Shown: positions 1 to 9,537 of the stretch, piece by piece
How positions within the stretch are numbered: position 1 is the stretch's first letter
Layout of the letters: each line of letters begins with the position of its first letter
Assembly: GCA_002898235.1 (NCBI GenBank)
Contig: BEIL01000002.1
Coordinates: forward strand, 1 to 49,263
Length of the DNA stretch: 49,263 nt
Direction: 5' to 3'
Source: a bacterium HR35
GTDB taxonomy: Bacteria; Patescibacteriota; Minisyncoccia; UBA6257; HR35
Notes under the pieces: generated by a model
The model's database searches: none
Told to the model about the DNA's origin: nothing
What the model saw: the letters and a program-made list of their open reading frames with translations, nothing else
Program-made: the position numbers and the translations under genes

Positions 1-123
1 AGATTATTAAATTTATTAGGTAGAGGAGCTGGGGGAGGTCAACAACCACAACAACCACAACAACCACAACAACCACAACAACCACAACAACCACAACAAG
101 GGGGATTGCCGGGTCTTACTTAA
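1..123 (+). CDS. 3' end of a truncated gene with a (QQP)n low-complexity tail
   Basis: Frame 1 is open from the window edge: RLLNLLGRGAGGG(QQP)6QQGGLPGLT, TAA at 121-123; co-oriented with the downstream operon. Confidence 0.7.
   Translation, partial: RLLNLLGRGAGGGQQPQQPQQPQQPQQPQQPQQGGLPGLT
40..99 (+). repeat. Perfect 9-nt tandem repeat (CAACAACCA)x6 + CAACAA
   Basis: Read directly from the sequence; encodes QQP repeats. Confidence 0.95.
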
Positions 124-137
124 TTTAATTCTGATCT

Positions 138-803
138 ATGGATAATAATTACGATTTATTACAACTTCTTGAAGGAAAAAGTTTGGCTCTGAGAGAGTTT
201 ATTTCTTCTGAGATTTTTATTAATTTTGCTTATAAAGTTTCTCAACTTGTAGGCTTGGATATTGATTCTTATATTAAATTATTCGATTATTTTACTGTTT
301 TATCTCTCCAAGGCTTTCCAGTTGAAGAAGCCGAAGATAGATTAAATGATTTCTTGCCTAATTTAACTGAGGAGCAAAAAAAGGTAATTATTAGAGAAAT
401 GGCTCTCAATTTAATTCCCACTTTAGAAAAAATTTGGGAAATAAAACCAGAAGATGAAGAATATGAAGAAAAAGTCAAAAGATATGTTGCTTTAATGGAA
501 GCTTTCCTAAATAGACCTTACAGCCGAATGCAAGTTCAAAAAAAGCTTGAAGAGGGTCAAAAAGAAGAAATTTTCTCAGCTCCAACACCTCAAATAAAAA
601 CAGAAGAAGAAGCTGCAAATATTTCAAAAAAAGAAGCTGCTATTGATTTAACTCCGATTAGTTGGCAACCTAATGTTCAAGAAGAAAAACAAGAAGAAAT
701 TGCTTCTTCTGAATTTTCTGAAATTCCTCAAATTAGTATTAAAATTAAAGAAGAAAAAACAGAAGAAAAAGAAGAAAAAACAGTTGATTTATCACAATTT
801 TAA
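138..803 (+). CDS. Hypothetical protein with an acidic, low-complexity C-terminus
   Basis: 221-aa ORF whose stop overlaps the next start (TAATG). Confidence 0.75.
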   Translation: MDNNYDLLQLLEGKSLALREFISSEIFINFAYKVSQLVGLDIDSYIKLFDYFTVLSLQGFPVEEAEDRLNDFLPNLTEEQKKVIIREMALNLIPTLEKIWEIKPEDEEYEEKVKRYVALMEAFLNRPYSRMQVQKKLEEGQKEEIFSAPTPQIKTEEEAANISKKEAAIDLTPISWQPNVQEEKQEEIASSEFSEIPQISIKIKEEKTEEKEEKTVDLSQF

Positions 804-1375
804 TGCCAAGAAGATTTTTTGTGCCAAAATATATTACTATCGAAGATAGACTTGAAGGATTGATTACTTTTAAACAACTTTTTGCTTTAATAATTGCTTT
901 TTTTATTTCTTATTTTGCTTTTAAAATCCATACTTACTTAGGAATTTTAGTTGGGATTTTAAGTTTTGGAGTAGCTATTTTAGGAACTTTCTGGATAGTA
1001 AACGGTAAACCATTTTTTAATGTTTTGCCTTCAGCTATTAAAACTTTACTCCAACAAGAAAAATATCTTTGGCAAAGAATACCAAGAACTTTTTATAAAG
1101 AAGTTTCTCTTCCTCAAGTAGAAGAAAAAGAAGTTTATCCAGAATTTATTGAACCAAGAAAAAGAGAATTAATTGAAGGTAATAAAATTGAATTAGAAAT
1201 TAAACAACCAGAAATTGTTCCTAGTTTTAGAGAAGTAGTTAAGGTTGATTTAGAAAAGCCTTTAGCTATTCAAAAAGATGAATTTGAAAAATTGGGTCAT
1301 CGACATGAAGCCAATCCTCATAATCCTTATCGTCTTTTCCCTTATATTAAATTTTATAAAACAAAATCTTCTTAA
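803..1375 (+). CDS. PrgI-family (VirB3-like) membrane protein
   Basis: N-terminal VPKYITIEDRLEGLITFKQL pattern followed by two TM helices and NGKPF; sits upstream of a VirB4-like ATPase. Confidence 0.8.
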   Translation: MPRRFFVPKYITIEDRLEGLITFKQLFALIIAFFISYFAFKIHTYLGILVGILSFGVAILGTFWIVNGKPFFNVLPSAIKTLLQQEKYLWQRIPRTFYKEVSLPQVEEKEVYPEFIEPRKRELIEGNKIELEIKQPEIVPSFREVVKVDLEKPLAIQKDEFEKLGHRHEANPHNPYRLFPYIKFYKTKSS

Positions 1376-1380
1376 AAACT

Positions 1381-2010
1381 ATGCCTCAACCAACCTATTA
1401 TTTAATTAAAGTCAAAGAAATTAAAGATAATGTTTATATTTTAGAAGATGGCAGCTTGAGAGCTGTTTTAGCTGTTCCGGGAATAAATTTAGATTTAATG
1501 AATGAGGAAGACCAAAATTTATTTCTAAATCAGTTTAAAGCTCTTTTAGATGGCTTAGATTTTCCTTTACAAGTTTTTATTTATTCCCGCTACGAAAATT
1601 TAGACAATTACTTAAAAATTATTCAAGCTAGATTAGACGAAGAAGAAAATCCGTTAATTAAATTTCAAATTGAAGAGTATATGAAATTTTTAGAAGATTA
1701 TTTAGCCAATCATAAAGTAATGAAAAAAATGTTCTTTGTTATTATTCCTTATGATTCAGCTTCAGCTGGCGCTCCTTTGCCGTTAGCTAAAAAACTGCCA
1801 GAAACTCAAGATTATCAAGAAATGCTTTTTCAATTAGAAACGCGAATAAATTATGTTACTCAAATTTTAGCTAATATGGGATTAGTTCCCATTCGATTAA
1901 ATGATTTAGAGCTTTTAGAACTTCTTTTTGAAAGTTATAATCCTAGTCTTCGCTATGGAGAAATTCCTAAACAAATTATCGAAAAATTAACTGAATTTTT
2001 GGGCAAATGA
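1381..2010 (+). CDS. TraC/VirB4 N-terminal-like conjugation-family protein
   Basis: Motifs GSLRAVLAVPGINLDL, FKALLDGLDFPLQVFI, KMFFVIIPY, ELLFESYNP; lies between PrgI and VirB4. Confidence 0.7.
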   Translation: MPQPTYYLIKVKEIKDNVYILEDGSLRAVLAVPGINLDLMNEEDQNLFLNQFKALLDGLDFPLQVFIYSRYENLDNYLKIIQARLDEEENPLIKFQIEEYMKFLEDYLANHKVMKKMFFVIIPYDSASAGAPLPLAKKLPETQDYQEMLFQLETRINYVTQILANMGLVPIRLNDLELLELLFESYNPSLRYGEIPKQIIEKLTEFLGK

Positions 2011-3806
2011 TTAATTTAAATTTACCTTTTTTCGGTAAAGGCGGAAAAATAAAAATTCCTCTTCAGAAAGAATTAGCTGGCTTTGAAAAGATTAAAGAAT
2101 TAATGGCACCTCCTGGAGCTAATTTCCTTTTAGATTATTTTCAAATTGGCGAACTTTATGGCCGAACAATTATTGTTTTAGAATATCCTTCTTATTTAAT
2201 TGGTCCTTGGCTTAGCAGGATAATAGTTTTAGATGAACCTTTCAACTTATCTTTATTTTTCTATCCAACTGATACCGGAAAAATGTTAAGAAAGCTGGAG
2301 AAACAATTAGCTCGAATCGAAGCTCAAATTAGCGAAAGAGCAAATAAAGGGCAAGTAAGGTCTCCTGAATTAGAAACAGCTTACAAAAACGTTGAAGAAT
2401 TAAGAGATTTGTTAGTTCAAGCCGAAGAAAGATTGTTTACTGTCTCTCTTTATTTAACTATTTTTGCCAAAGATAAAAAGGAGCTTGATTTAAAAACAAA
2501 AAAAATTATTAAATCATTTGAAAGTGGCTTAATTTCTGCTAAGGAAGTAATGTTTCAACAAAAAGAAGGCTTTATTTCTACTTTACCTTTAGGAATTGAT
2601 GAATTAAAGGTTTCTTATAGTCTTAATTCATCAACCGCTTCTTCTTTCTTTCCTTTTATTTCTGTAGATATTGTTGATGAAGGCGGTATTTTTATGGGAA
2701 TTAATTTAATTGACGGTGGAGTTGTAATTTTAGATAGATTTAAATATGAAAACCCTCATCTATTAATTTTAGCTCGCTCGGGTTCAGGAAAATCTTATAC
2801 TGCTAAATTAGAAATTATGAGAAGCTTAATGATGAATATTGAAGTCATTGTTTTAGACCCAGAAAATGAATATAAATCAATTTGCGATGTTTATGGTGGA
2901 ACATTTATTCCTCTTTCTCTTCAATCAGATTACAATCTTAATCCTTTTGATTTACCCTCTTTAGCTGAAGGAGAAAATCCTTATGATATTTACAAAGAGC
3001 ATATTTCTAACTTAATCAATTTAATCGAACTTTTAATTGGTGAAAAACTTTCCTCTCAAGAATTAGCTTTAGTTGATCGAGCTTTAAATCAAACTTATTT
3101 AGCTTTTAATATTTCTCCAGAATTTGGCTGGGAAAAAACTGAAATTTTTCCAACGCTTAATGATTTTGAAAAAGTTTTAAGAAGCACTGTTGGTGGTGAA
3201 ACCATTGCTGATAAACTTTATCCTTATACCGAAGGAACCTTTGCTGGCTTTTTAAATAAACAAACAAATGTTGAAATGGATAATCGCTTAATCGTTTTTG
3301 GTTTAAAAGACTTGCCTGAAGTTTTAAGACCGATTGGCATGTTTATTGCTTTAAGTTTTATTATGAATAGAGTAAAAAGAAAATTAAAAAAAAGAGTTTT
3401 GATTATTGACGAGGCTTGGTGGATTATGAAACAACCTTTTGGAGCTGAATTTCTTTTAAATGTCATCAAAAGAGGAAGAAAATATAAGTTAGCAGTTACT
3501 AATATAACTCAGGATGTTGAAGACTTTTTAAATTCAGAATATGGTAAGCCAATTATTACTAATTCAGCTATAATTTTCTTAATGAAACAATCAACAGCTT
3601 CAGCTGACTTATTAAAGCAAATTTTTTACCTTTCTGAAGGAGAAAAAAATTTTTTAGTTCAGGCAGAAAGAGGCAATGGTATTTTAATTGCTGGTGGTAA
3701 AAGAGTTCCTTTGTATGTTTTAGCTTCTTATGCTGAAGACCAAATTATAAGAACTAGGCCGGATCAATTAATAGCTTTAGAGAAAGTAAAAGATTTAGGC
3801 CTTTAA
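2007..3806 (+). CDS. VirB4/TraC-like type IV secretion ATPase
   Basis: Walker A ARSGSGKS, VLDPENEY, Walker B IIDEAW, KRGRKY...ITQDVEDF. Confidence 0.9.
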   Translation: MINLNLPFFGKGGKIKIPLQKELAGFEKIKELMAPPGANFLLDYFQIGELYGRTIIVLEYPSYLIGPWLSRIIVLDEPFNLSLFFYPTDTGKMLRKLEKQLARIEAQISERANKGQVRSPELETAYKNVEELRDLLVQAEERLFTVSLYLTIFAKDKKELDLKTKKIIKSFESGLISAKEVMFQQKEGFISTLPLGIDELKVSYSLNSSTASSFFPFISVDIVDEGGIFMGINLIDGGVVILDRFKYENPHLLILARSGSGKSYTAKLEIMRSLMMNIEVIVLDPENEYKSICDVYGGTFIPLSLQSDYNLNPFDLPSLAEGENPYDIYKEHISNLINLIELLIGEKLSSQELALVDRALNQTYLAFNISPEFGWEKTEIFPTLNDFEKVLRSTVGGETIADKLYPYTEGTFAGFLNKQTNVEMDNRLIVFGLKDLPEVLRPIGMFIALSFIMNRVKRKLKKRVLIIDEAWWIMKQPFGAEFLLNVIKRGRKYKLAVTNITQDVEDFLNSEYGKPIITNSAIIFLMKQSTASADLLKQIFYLSEGEKNFLVQAERGNGILIAGGKRVPLYVLASYAEDQIIRTRPDQLIALEKVKDLGL

Positions 3807-3807
3807 A

Positions 3808-5016
3808 ATGAAAGGTTTTCTTTATCTTCCACTTTTGTTTTTAGCTTTTATTATTGATGTGATTGAAATAATTTTAAGCTTAGCCGATTCAACAGTTATT
3901 CTCATTGTCTTACACATTCTTCAAATTTTACTTGATCTTTTATTTAATCTTTTATTTTTGGTAATTTTTTTACCTTCAATTTTTGAAGCTCTTAGAGAAA
4001 AAAGAGCAAAAACTGTTTTAATTAGAAGAATTGTTGCTTTTCTTACAGAAGCTATTGGTGAATCAATTCCTGTTTTAGATTTCCTACCTATTAGATCTCT
4101 AACTATTTTTTTTATGTGGCTTGATGAATCAGGAATAATTGAAAAAATCCAAAAAAAGATAAGCGAGACAATTTCTAAAGCTTCTCAACTTCCGGTCATT
4201 GGTACCTTGGTTAAAAAATATTCAGAAGTTTTAGAACAACCATTAGTTAAAGAAGTTTTACCAAGAGTTGTTTCCAATAAAGCTATTGAAACTTTATCTC
4301 CGATTTCTTCTCTTCCTCAAACACCCCAGGTTATTCAACCTAAAAAAATAGAGACTTCTCCAAAAACTCCTTATCTTAAATCCGCTAAATTATCTACTCG
4401 AGGAACTGTTTTTGTTTTCCTCTTTTTCTTTTCTCTTTTTTCCTTTTCTTCAATTTCTTTAGCTCAAACAAAAGAGGTTTATTTCTTTACTAAAAAAACC
4501 AAAGACGGAATTATTGTCTCAAGTATTTTTGTTAATCCAAAAACTAAAACCATTTACGAACCGCCTCCAGTTTCTAAATTTGATTGGAAAATTCCTTTTT
4601 CTCAAGATTTTTCAATTACTTCTTATAAAAGTTTTTTAAAAGTTGATCCTGACCCTAAATTTAAAAGAGAATCAGCTAAAATTAAACTTTTTGTTTCCGG
4701 CATAAGTTTTAAAGATAAAAAATTTTATGAAGGCGAGGTTTTTCTTCCCTCTCCTGATATTTCAATTATTAAAATTAAAAACTCCTATTTTGAACTGCCA
4801 TTTTTAGGAAAAATCGAAGGTAATGAAATTCTTAGTTATAAAACTTGGAATTTTACTTCTGACAATTTAACTAATGTTTGGAAGTTAAATGATATTTTCC
4901 TTAGTAATCAAAGGCAACTAAATATTAATTTAATTTCCCCTGGCCTGCTTTCTTTAGAAGTAGTTAATTTAAACAATCGTAACGAAAAAGTGATAAAATT
5001 TCTTTTAGTTAAATAA
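3808..5016 (+). CDS. Hypothetical membrane protein of the T4SS-like operon (possible two-part fusion)
   Basis: 402-aa ORF with N-terminal TMs, a P/S/T-rich linker, an internal signal-like hydrophobic segment and a beta-rich C-terminal part. Confidence 0.7.
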   Translation: MKGFLYLPLLFLAFIIDVIEIILSLADSTVILIVLHILQILLDLLFNLLFLVIFLPSIFEALREKRAKTVLIRRIVAFLTEAIGESIPVLDFLPIRSLTIFFMWLDESGIIEKIQKKISETISKASQLPVIGTLVKKYSEVLEQPLVKEVLPRVVSNKAIETLSPISSLPQTPQVIQPKKIETSPKTPYLKSAKLSTRGTVFVFLFFFSLFSFSSISLAQTKEVYFFTKKTKDGIIVSSIFVNPKTKTIYEPPPVSKFDWKIPFSQDFSITSYKSFLKVDPDPKFKRESAKIKLFVSGISFKDKKFYEGEVFLPSPDISIIKIKNSYFELPFLGKIEGNEILSYKTWNFTSDNLTNVWKLNDIFLSNQRQLNINLISPGLLSLEVVNLNNRNEKVIKFLLVK

Positions 5017-5323
5017 AATGCCCAACATTCAATCAATTTTAAGTTGTTATGACCTTCAGAGTTGTTTTCAGGCTGTTTATAATTTAGGTTTAGTTTTGCT
5101 TTTTGTTTTAGCTTTTTTGAATATGGTTTATGGAGCTGTACTTTATCTTTTTTCAGCTGCAAGTATTTTTAGTAAAGAGGAAGGAAAAAATAGGATTATT
5201 AACTCTATTGGAGCAATTGCTATAACCTTAATCTTGCCTCAAATTTTAAATATTATTAATCCTGGTATTTTTCAAGTTAAGCTTTGGATTCCAACTATTC
5301 AAGAAGCTAAAAGTCCGGTTTTT
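5010..5323 (+). repeat. 314-bp repeat, copy 1 (inverted relative to 47382..47695)
   Basis: Base-by-base comparison with the reverse complement of 47382..47695 shows one mismatch (5233 C vs T, synonymous Ile). Confidence 0.95.
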
Positions 5324-5869
5324 AAGACAGAAGCTCTTTGGGGAGAAGCTGAAATTGTAAATCAAGTAAATAGCGTTATTCCTACCCAAGCTTATTATTG
5401 GCTTGATCCAAATAAAGCTGGGAAATTAGCTGATTATACTTGTTTTAGTAACGCAATTTATGTAGATAAAAACGATTCTCTATTTGGAAGCTCGACGTCT
5501 TATAATGGTATCCCTGTTTCTTCCTTGGTTAATAAACAATTGGTTGAGTGTGTAACTCCAAAATATTCTAACTTTAGGATAACTCAAGGTTATAATCCTG
5601 GTTCTTTTGATAAATCTCATCAATTAGGCTATGGAATTGATATTATTCCTAATGATGGAAATTATCAAGCTTTAACAAATGCCTTAGTTAATTGCGGTTT
5701 TTCTGTTTTAAACGAAAGCGAAAGAGTAATTGAATGTTATGGCGAAGGAAGTACTAGGCTAGTTAAACCTTGTCCTTCTGAATGTAGAAGCAGCTATCTT
5801 AAACCTGGTTGTGTTTGTGCTTATACCGGACCTCATCTTCATGCTGCTTTAATGGTCAGAGAAAAATAA
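5018..5869 (+). CDS. TrbC/VirB2-like pilin fused to a putative peptidase M15-like Zn domain
   Basis: Two TM helices with GAVLYLFSAA...EEGKNRIINSIG...ILNIINP (CPR pilin pattern); C-terminal H-x6-D (SHQLGYGID) and HxH (GPHLH) motifs; Cys-rich. Confidence 0.75.
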   Translation: MPNIQSILSCYDLQSCFQAVYNLGLVLLFVLAFLNMVYGAVLYLFSAASIFSKEEGKNRIINSIGAIAITLILPQILNIINPGIFQVKLWIPTIQEAKSPVFKTEALWGEAEIVNQVNSVIPTQAYYWLDPNKAGKLADYTCFSNAIYVDKNDSLFGSSTSYNGIPVSSLVNKQLVECVTPKYSNFRITQGYNPGSFDKSHQLGYGIDIIPNDGNYQALTNALVNCGFSVLNESERVIECYGEGSTRLVKPCPSECRSSYLKPGCVCAYTGPHLHAALMVREK

Positions 5870-5885
5870 TAGCAAAATAAGAAAA

Positions 5886-7040
5886 ATGAGAAAACAAATA
5901 ATTTTTTTAGTAGGTTTAGGAGTAATAGTCATTATTTTAGTTGTTTCAATAGTAGGCTATTTTGCTACTCGACCTAAAACTCAGCCAACAAAACCCCAAG
6001 TAGTTGAAGTTTTAGAAGAGAAACCATCTCCACCAGCAGCAATAGAAGAAAAAAAAATAACTTTACCCGGACTTCAAATTACTACTTCAGAAAGTACGAC
6101 CTCAGAAAACATTGAGGAAATACCAACAACTACTTTAGGACAATTAACCAAGCCCCTTTTTGAAAAGGAGTATATTTTTGCTGGTTTAATCTATCCTTAT
6201 GTTTATCTTTATGATCCTGGAGAGGGTATTTTGAAATATATCAATTTAGATGACAAAACTTATAAAGAGCTTTATCGAAGTTTTTCTCTTTATTACCCTT
6301 TGGTTTCGCCTACAAGAAAAAGAATTGTTTTTCAAGAAAACAATGTTTGGAAGGTTTTAGATTTGTCACTTGACGAAACTAAAACGCTTAATTATCAACT
6401 TTCTGATTTTGCCTGGAAAAATGACGAACTTTATTATTTTGCTTTTGATGAAAATCGCGGCGGTGGGGTATATAAATTTTCTGACTTTAATAAAGAACCA
6501 ATACTTTTAAGCAAATTAAATTTACCTGAAGCCAAGATGGAGATTTTTGGTGATTCTCTTTTAGTTTGGGCCTCTCCTCTTATTTCTTATAATTCACCAA
6601 TATTTCTTCTAGACTTAAAAAGGCCGGCAGCTTTTAAACTAATTTTTGAAGAAAAGACTTATCCTTCGCTTTTAGCTAATAGTAGTGGTGAGTATCTTTT
6701 TTTAAGCTCAGTTGAAAATGGTTTGTGGGTTTCTAAAATTTATAATCGAAGCTTTAAGGTAATTAAAGAATTTAATTGGGGAAGCTTAAAGGAAAAGTGT
6801 ACTTTTCAAAAAGTTTTGGTATGTGGAGTACCAATCAATCAAGAAACAGATTTAATTTCTTGGTATCATTTAAATAAAAGCTTTAATGATAAGATAATTA
6901 TTTTTGACCCAGTTAAAAAAGAAGAAAAAGAAATAATTTTAGATAAAAATTATGATGTTTTATATCCTCAATTAACACCTTTAGGAGTTATTTTCTTAAA
7001 TCGAAACGATTCAAAACTTTATTTAGTTACCTTAGAATAA
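5886..7040 (+). CDS. Membrane-anchored surface protein, probable beta-propeller
   Basis: N-terminal TM, P/T-rich linker, repeated beta-strand patterns (VSPTRKRIVF, FAWKNDELYY). Confidence 0.65.
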   Translation: MRKQIIFLVGLGVIVIILVVSIVGYFATRPKTQPTKPQVVEVLEEKPSPPAAIEEKKITLPGLQITTSESTTSENIEEIPTTTLGQLTKPLFEKEYIFAGLIYPYVYLYDPGEGILKYINLDDKTYKELYRSFSLYYPLVSPTRKRIVFQENNVWKVLDLSLDETKTLNYQLSDFAWKNDELYYFAFDENRGGGVYKFSDFNKEPILLSKLNLPEAKMEIFGDSLLVWASPLISYNSPIFLLDLKRPAAFKLIFEEKTYPSLLANSSGEYLFLSSVENGLWVSKIYNRSFKVIKEFNWGSLKEKCTFQKVLVCGVPINQETDLISWYHLNKSFNDKIIIFDPVKKEEKEIILDKNYDVLYPQLTPLGVIFLNRNDSKLYLVTLE

Positions 7041-7041
7041 T

Positions 7042-7665
7042 TTATTTTTCTAAAGAAATTGGTTTAAGTTTTTCTTCATAAAAAAGAAAAAGTTTTTTCT
7101 CAATTATTAACAAAATAAGGTTCGTTAGCCAATAGATTGAAAAAATAGCCGGGAAATTAATTATTACTAAAGCAATTAAACCAATCAACAAAAATTGGTT
7201 TTTCAAATCTTCTTTATTAAAGAGATAGACGCTTAAGAATTGAAAAAAGATAGTTAGTCCGATTAAAATGGGATTTTTAGAGGCTAAGTTAATCACCCCC
7301 AAAAACATTAAATTTTTATTTTCTGCCAAAATTTTCTTTAAAAGAAAAAAAATGGCAATTAAAAGAGGAAATGGTAAAAACTGAAAAACGATAGAAAGAA
7401 AAGGGTTAAATTTTTCTTCTTGATAAATTTTATTAATTTCTTCTAATTGTTTTAAGGGATCATTTTTATGTTTTTCCATAAGATTTTTTATTTTTGGTCT
7501 AATCTTTTTTAGTTTTATTTCTTCTTTAAAAACTAAATAACTTAAGGGCAAAATCGAAAGCCTAAAAAGAAAAGTAAATAAAATCAAAGCTAAGCCATAA
7601 TCATTAGTTAGAGAGTATAAAAATTTATAAAAACCTAAAAAGTTTTCTGTTAAAAAATTAATCAT
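7042..7665 (-). CDS. yidC: Membrane protein insertase YidC (short form)
   Basis: DYGLALILFTFLFRLSILPL, coiled region, IYWLTN; canonical position after rnpA. Confidence 0.9.
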   Translation of the reverse strand: MINFLTENFLGFYKFLYSLTNDYGLALILFTFLFRLSILPLSYLVFKEEIKLKKIRPKIKNLMEKHKNDPLKQLEEINKIYQEEKFNPFLSIVFQFLPFPLLIAIFFLLKKILAENKNLMFLGVINLASKNPILIGLTIFFQFLSVYLFNKEDLKNQFLLIGLIALVIINFPAIFSIYWLTNLILLIIEKKLFLFYEEKLKPISLEK

Positions 7666-7999
7666 TTATTTTTTGTAAGAGTTTTAATAATTCTTGTTCT
7701 AATTCTTTAATTTTTTTTTCGACCAATTCCCTCTTAATTAATAAAATGACGAAATCATACTTTTTTTCCACTAATTTTCCCCAATTTTTTCTAATTATTT
7801 CGTAAATTTTTCTTTTAAGTTTATTTCTAATCACCGCCTTCTTGAAAATCTTTATTTCTGGTTTTACTGAAAACCTCGGATAAGATAAATTATTTGGCCT
7901 ATAAAAAATAAGAAAATTTTCCGATTTTAAGCTCTTTCTTTTCTCAATAAAAAAATTTTTCAAATCATCGCCTTTTAATCTAAAAATCTTTTTTAACAT
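7658..7999 (-). CDS. rnpA: Ribonuclease P protein component
   Basis: KKAVIRNKLKRKI (RNR-like motif); rpmH-rnpA-yidC synteny. Confidence 0.9.
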   Translation of the reverse strand: MLKKIFRLKGDDLKNFFIEKRKSLKSENFLIFYRPNNLSYPRFSVKPEIKIFKKAVIRNKLKRKIYEIIRKNWGKLVEKKYDFVILLIKRELVEKKIKELEQELLKLLQKIND

Positions 8000-8005
8000 T
8001 AAATC

Positions 8006-8119
8006 TTAAGCTAATCTTTTTCTTCCTTTTCTTCTTCGTCTTTGAAGAATCTTTCTTCCAGCTTTAGTCCTCTTTCTAACTAAAAATCCTGATGTTCTTT
8101 TCTTTTTTCTCTTGGTCAT
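8006..8119 (-). CDS. rpmH: 50S ribosomal protein L34 (37 aa, not in ORF track)
   Basis: Translates to MTKRKKKRTSGFLVRKRTKAGRKILQRRRRKGRKRLA; divergent from dnaA. Confidence 0.93.
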   Translation of the reverse strand: MTKRKKKRTSGFLVRKRTKAGRKILQRRRRKGRKRLA

Positions 8120-8128
8120 TTTTGTCTC

Positions 8129-8158
8129 TTGAAGTCAATCTCTAGTTTATATTATAAT
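8129..8158 (+). promoter_or_regulatory. Putative sigma70 promoter of dnaA with a bidirectional -10
   Basis: TTGAAG-18nt-TATAAT; ATTATAAT at 8151-8158 gives TATAAT on both strands (rpmH and dnaA). Confidence 0.55.
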
Positions 8159-8169
8159 ACATCTTAAAA

Positions 8170-9537
8170 ATGACACCTAGCACTTTTGAAAATCTTTGGC
8201 AAGAAGTTTTATCTGAGATTAAAAATAAATTAGGAGAAAAAACTTTTAACATTTGGTTTAACGAATTTTCACCTAAAACTTTTATCCATAATTCTTTAAA
8301 AATAGAAGTTCCAAGTAAATTCGTTAAAGATTGGATTGAAAAAAATTATTTTCAAACAATCTGCCAAATAATAAAAAGCAAATTTCCTGAGGTAAAAGCC
8401 GTTGAAATTATTGTTAATTCAGAAAAAACAACAATTATTAGACAAAAATCTACGGTCTTTAAAAGGCTTCAAAGTTTGGCTTTAAAAACTAGCAAAGGGA
8501 TTTTTGATATTAATCCCCAAACTAATTTAAATCCTCGTTATCGGTTTGATAATTTTGTTGTTGGCAAAACTAATGAGTTAGCTTTTACTGCTTGTCAAGC
8601 GGTAGTTAAAAATTTAGGAAGTCTTCATAATCCCCTTTTTATTTATGGACCAGTAGGAGTTGGTAAAACTCATCTTCTTCAAGCAACTGGAAATGAAATT
8701 TGTAAAATTTATAAAAATTTAAAAGTTAAATACATTACTACCGAAGATTTTACCAATCAATTTATAAACTCAATTAAAAATCAGAGCGTTGAAGAGTTTC
8801 GTTTCCGTTTTCGCGATGTTGATGTTTTAATTTTAGATGATGTTCATTTTCTTTCAGGTAAAATTAGCACTCAAGAAGAGTTATTTCATACTTTTAACTT
8901 CCTTTATAATCTTTCTAAACAAATAATTTTTTCCTCTGATAGACCGCCGGCTTTAATTCCTGATATTGAAGAAAGACTAAGATCACGATTTGAAGGCGGT
9001 TTAATTGTTGATATTAATCCTCCTGATTTTGAAACTCGAGTAGCTATTTTAAAAATGAAAGCTCAAGAAAAAGGCTTAGAATTGGAAAATGAAATTTTAG
9101 AGTATATTGCTGAAAAATTCACTAATAATATTCGTGAATTAGAGGGTGTTCTTTCTTCAATTTATTTTGAAAGCCAATTAAATAAAAAAATTACTTTAGA
9201 AATTGTTAAAGAAATTATAAAAAGATTTTCTAAAGAAGTTTATCGTAAGTTTACTCCTCGAAAAATAATTAAAACTATTGTGAATCATTATGAGTTAAAA
9301 GAGGAGGAGGTTTTATTAAAAAAAATTAGGAATAAAAATTTAGTTCAAATAAGACAAATCTTGATTTACCTTTTAAGAGAATACGCCCAACTTTCTTATA
9401 CTTCAATCGCCGAACTTCTTAAAAAAGACCATACAACTATTATTTATTCTTATGAAAAAGTTGTGGAAAAGTTGAAAACTGATGAAGCTTTAAAACAAGA
9501 AATTGAAATTTTAAAATCAAAATTAAACGAGGTTTAA
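8170..9537 (+). CDS. dnaA: Chromosomal replication initiator DnaA
   Basis: NPLFIYGPVGVGKTHL, ILDDVHFL, RLRSRFEGGL, NIRELEG, KDHTTIIYS. Confidence 0.98.
   Translation: MTPSTFENLWQEVLSEIKNKLGEKTFNIWFNEFSPKTFIHNSLKIEVPSKFVKDWIEKNYFQTICQIIKSKFPEVKAVEIIVNSEKTTIIRQKSTVFKRLQSLALKTSKGIFDINPQTNLNPRYRFDNFVVGKTNELAFTACQAVVKNLGSLHNPLFIYGPVGVGKTHLLQATGNEICKIYKNLKVKYITTEDFTNQFINSIKNQSVEEFRFRFRDVDVLILDDVHFLSGKISTQEELFHTFNFLYNLSKQIIFSSDRPPALIPDIEERLRSRFEGGLIVDINPPDFETRVAILKMKAQEKGLELENEILEYIAEKFTNNIRELEGVLSSIYFESQLNKKITLEIVKEIIKRFSKEVYRKFTPRKIIKTIVNHYELKEEEVLLKKIRNKNLVQIRQILIYLLREYAQLSYTSIAELLKKDHTTIIYSYEKVVEKLKTDEALKQEIEILKSKLNEV

Noticed and set aside
40-99. Possible CRISPR or telomere-like array
   Set aside because: Contiguous 9-nt units with no spacers, in frame within a coding tail
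4908-5162. Minus-strand 84-aa ORF and its twin at 47543..47725
   Set aside because: Antisense shadows of the duplicated pilin cassette; their similarity comes from the DNA repeat
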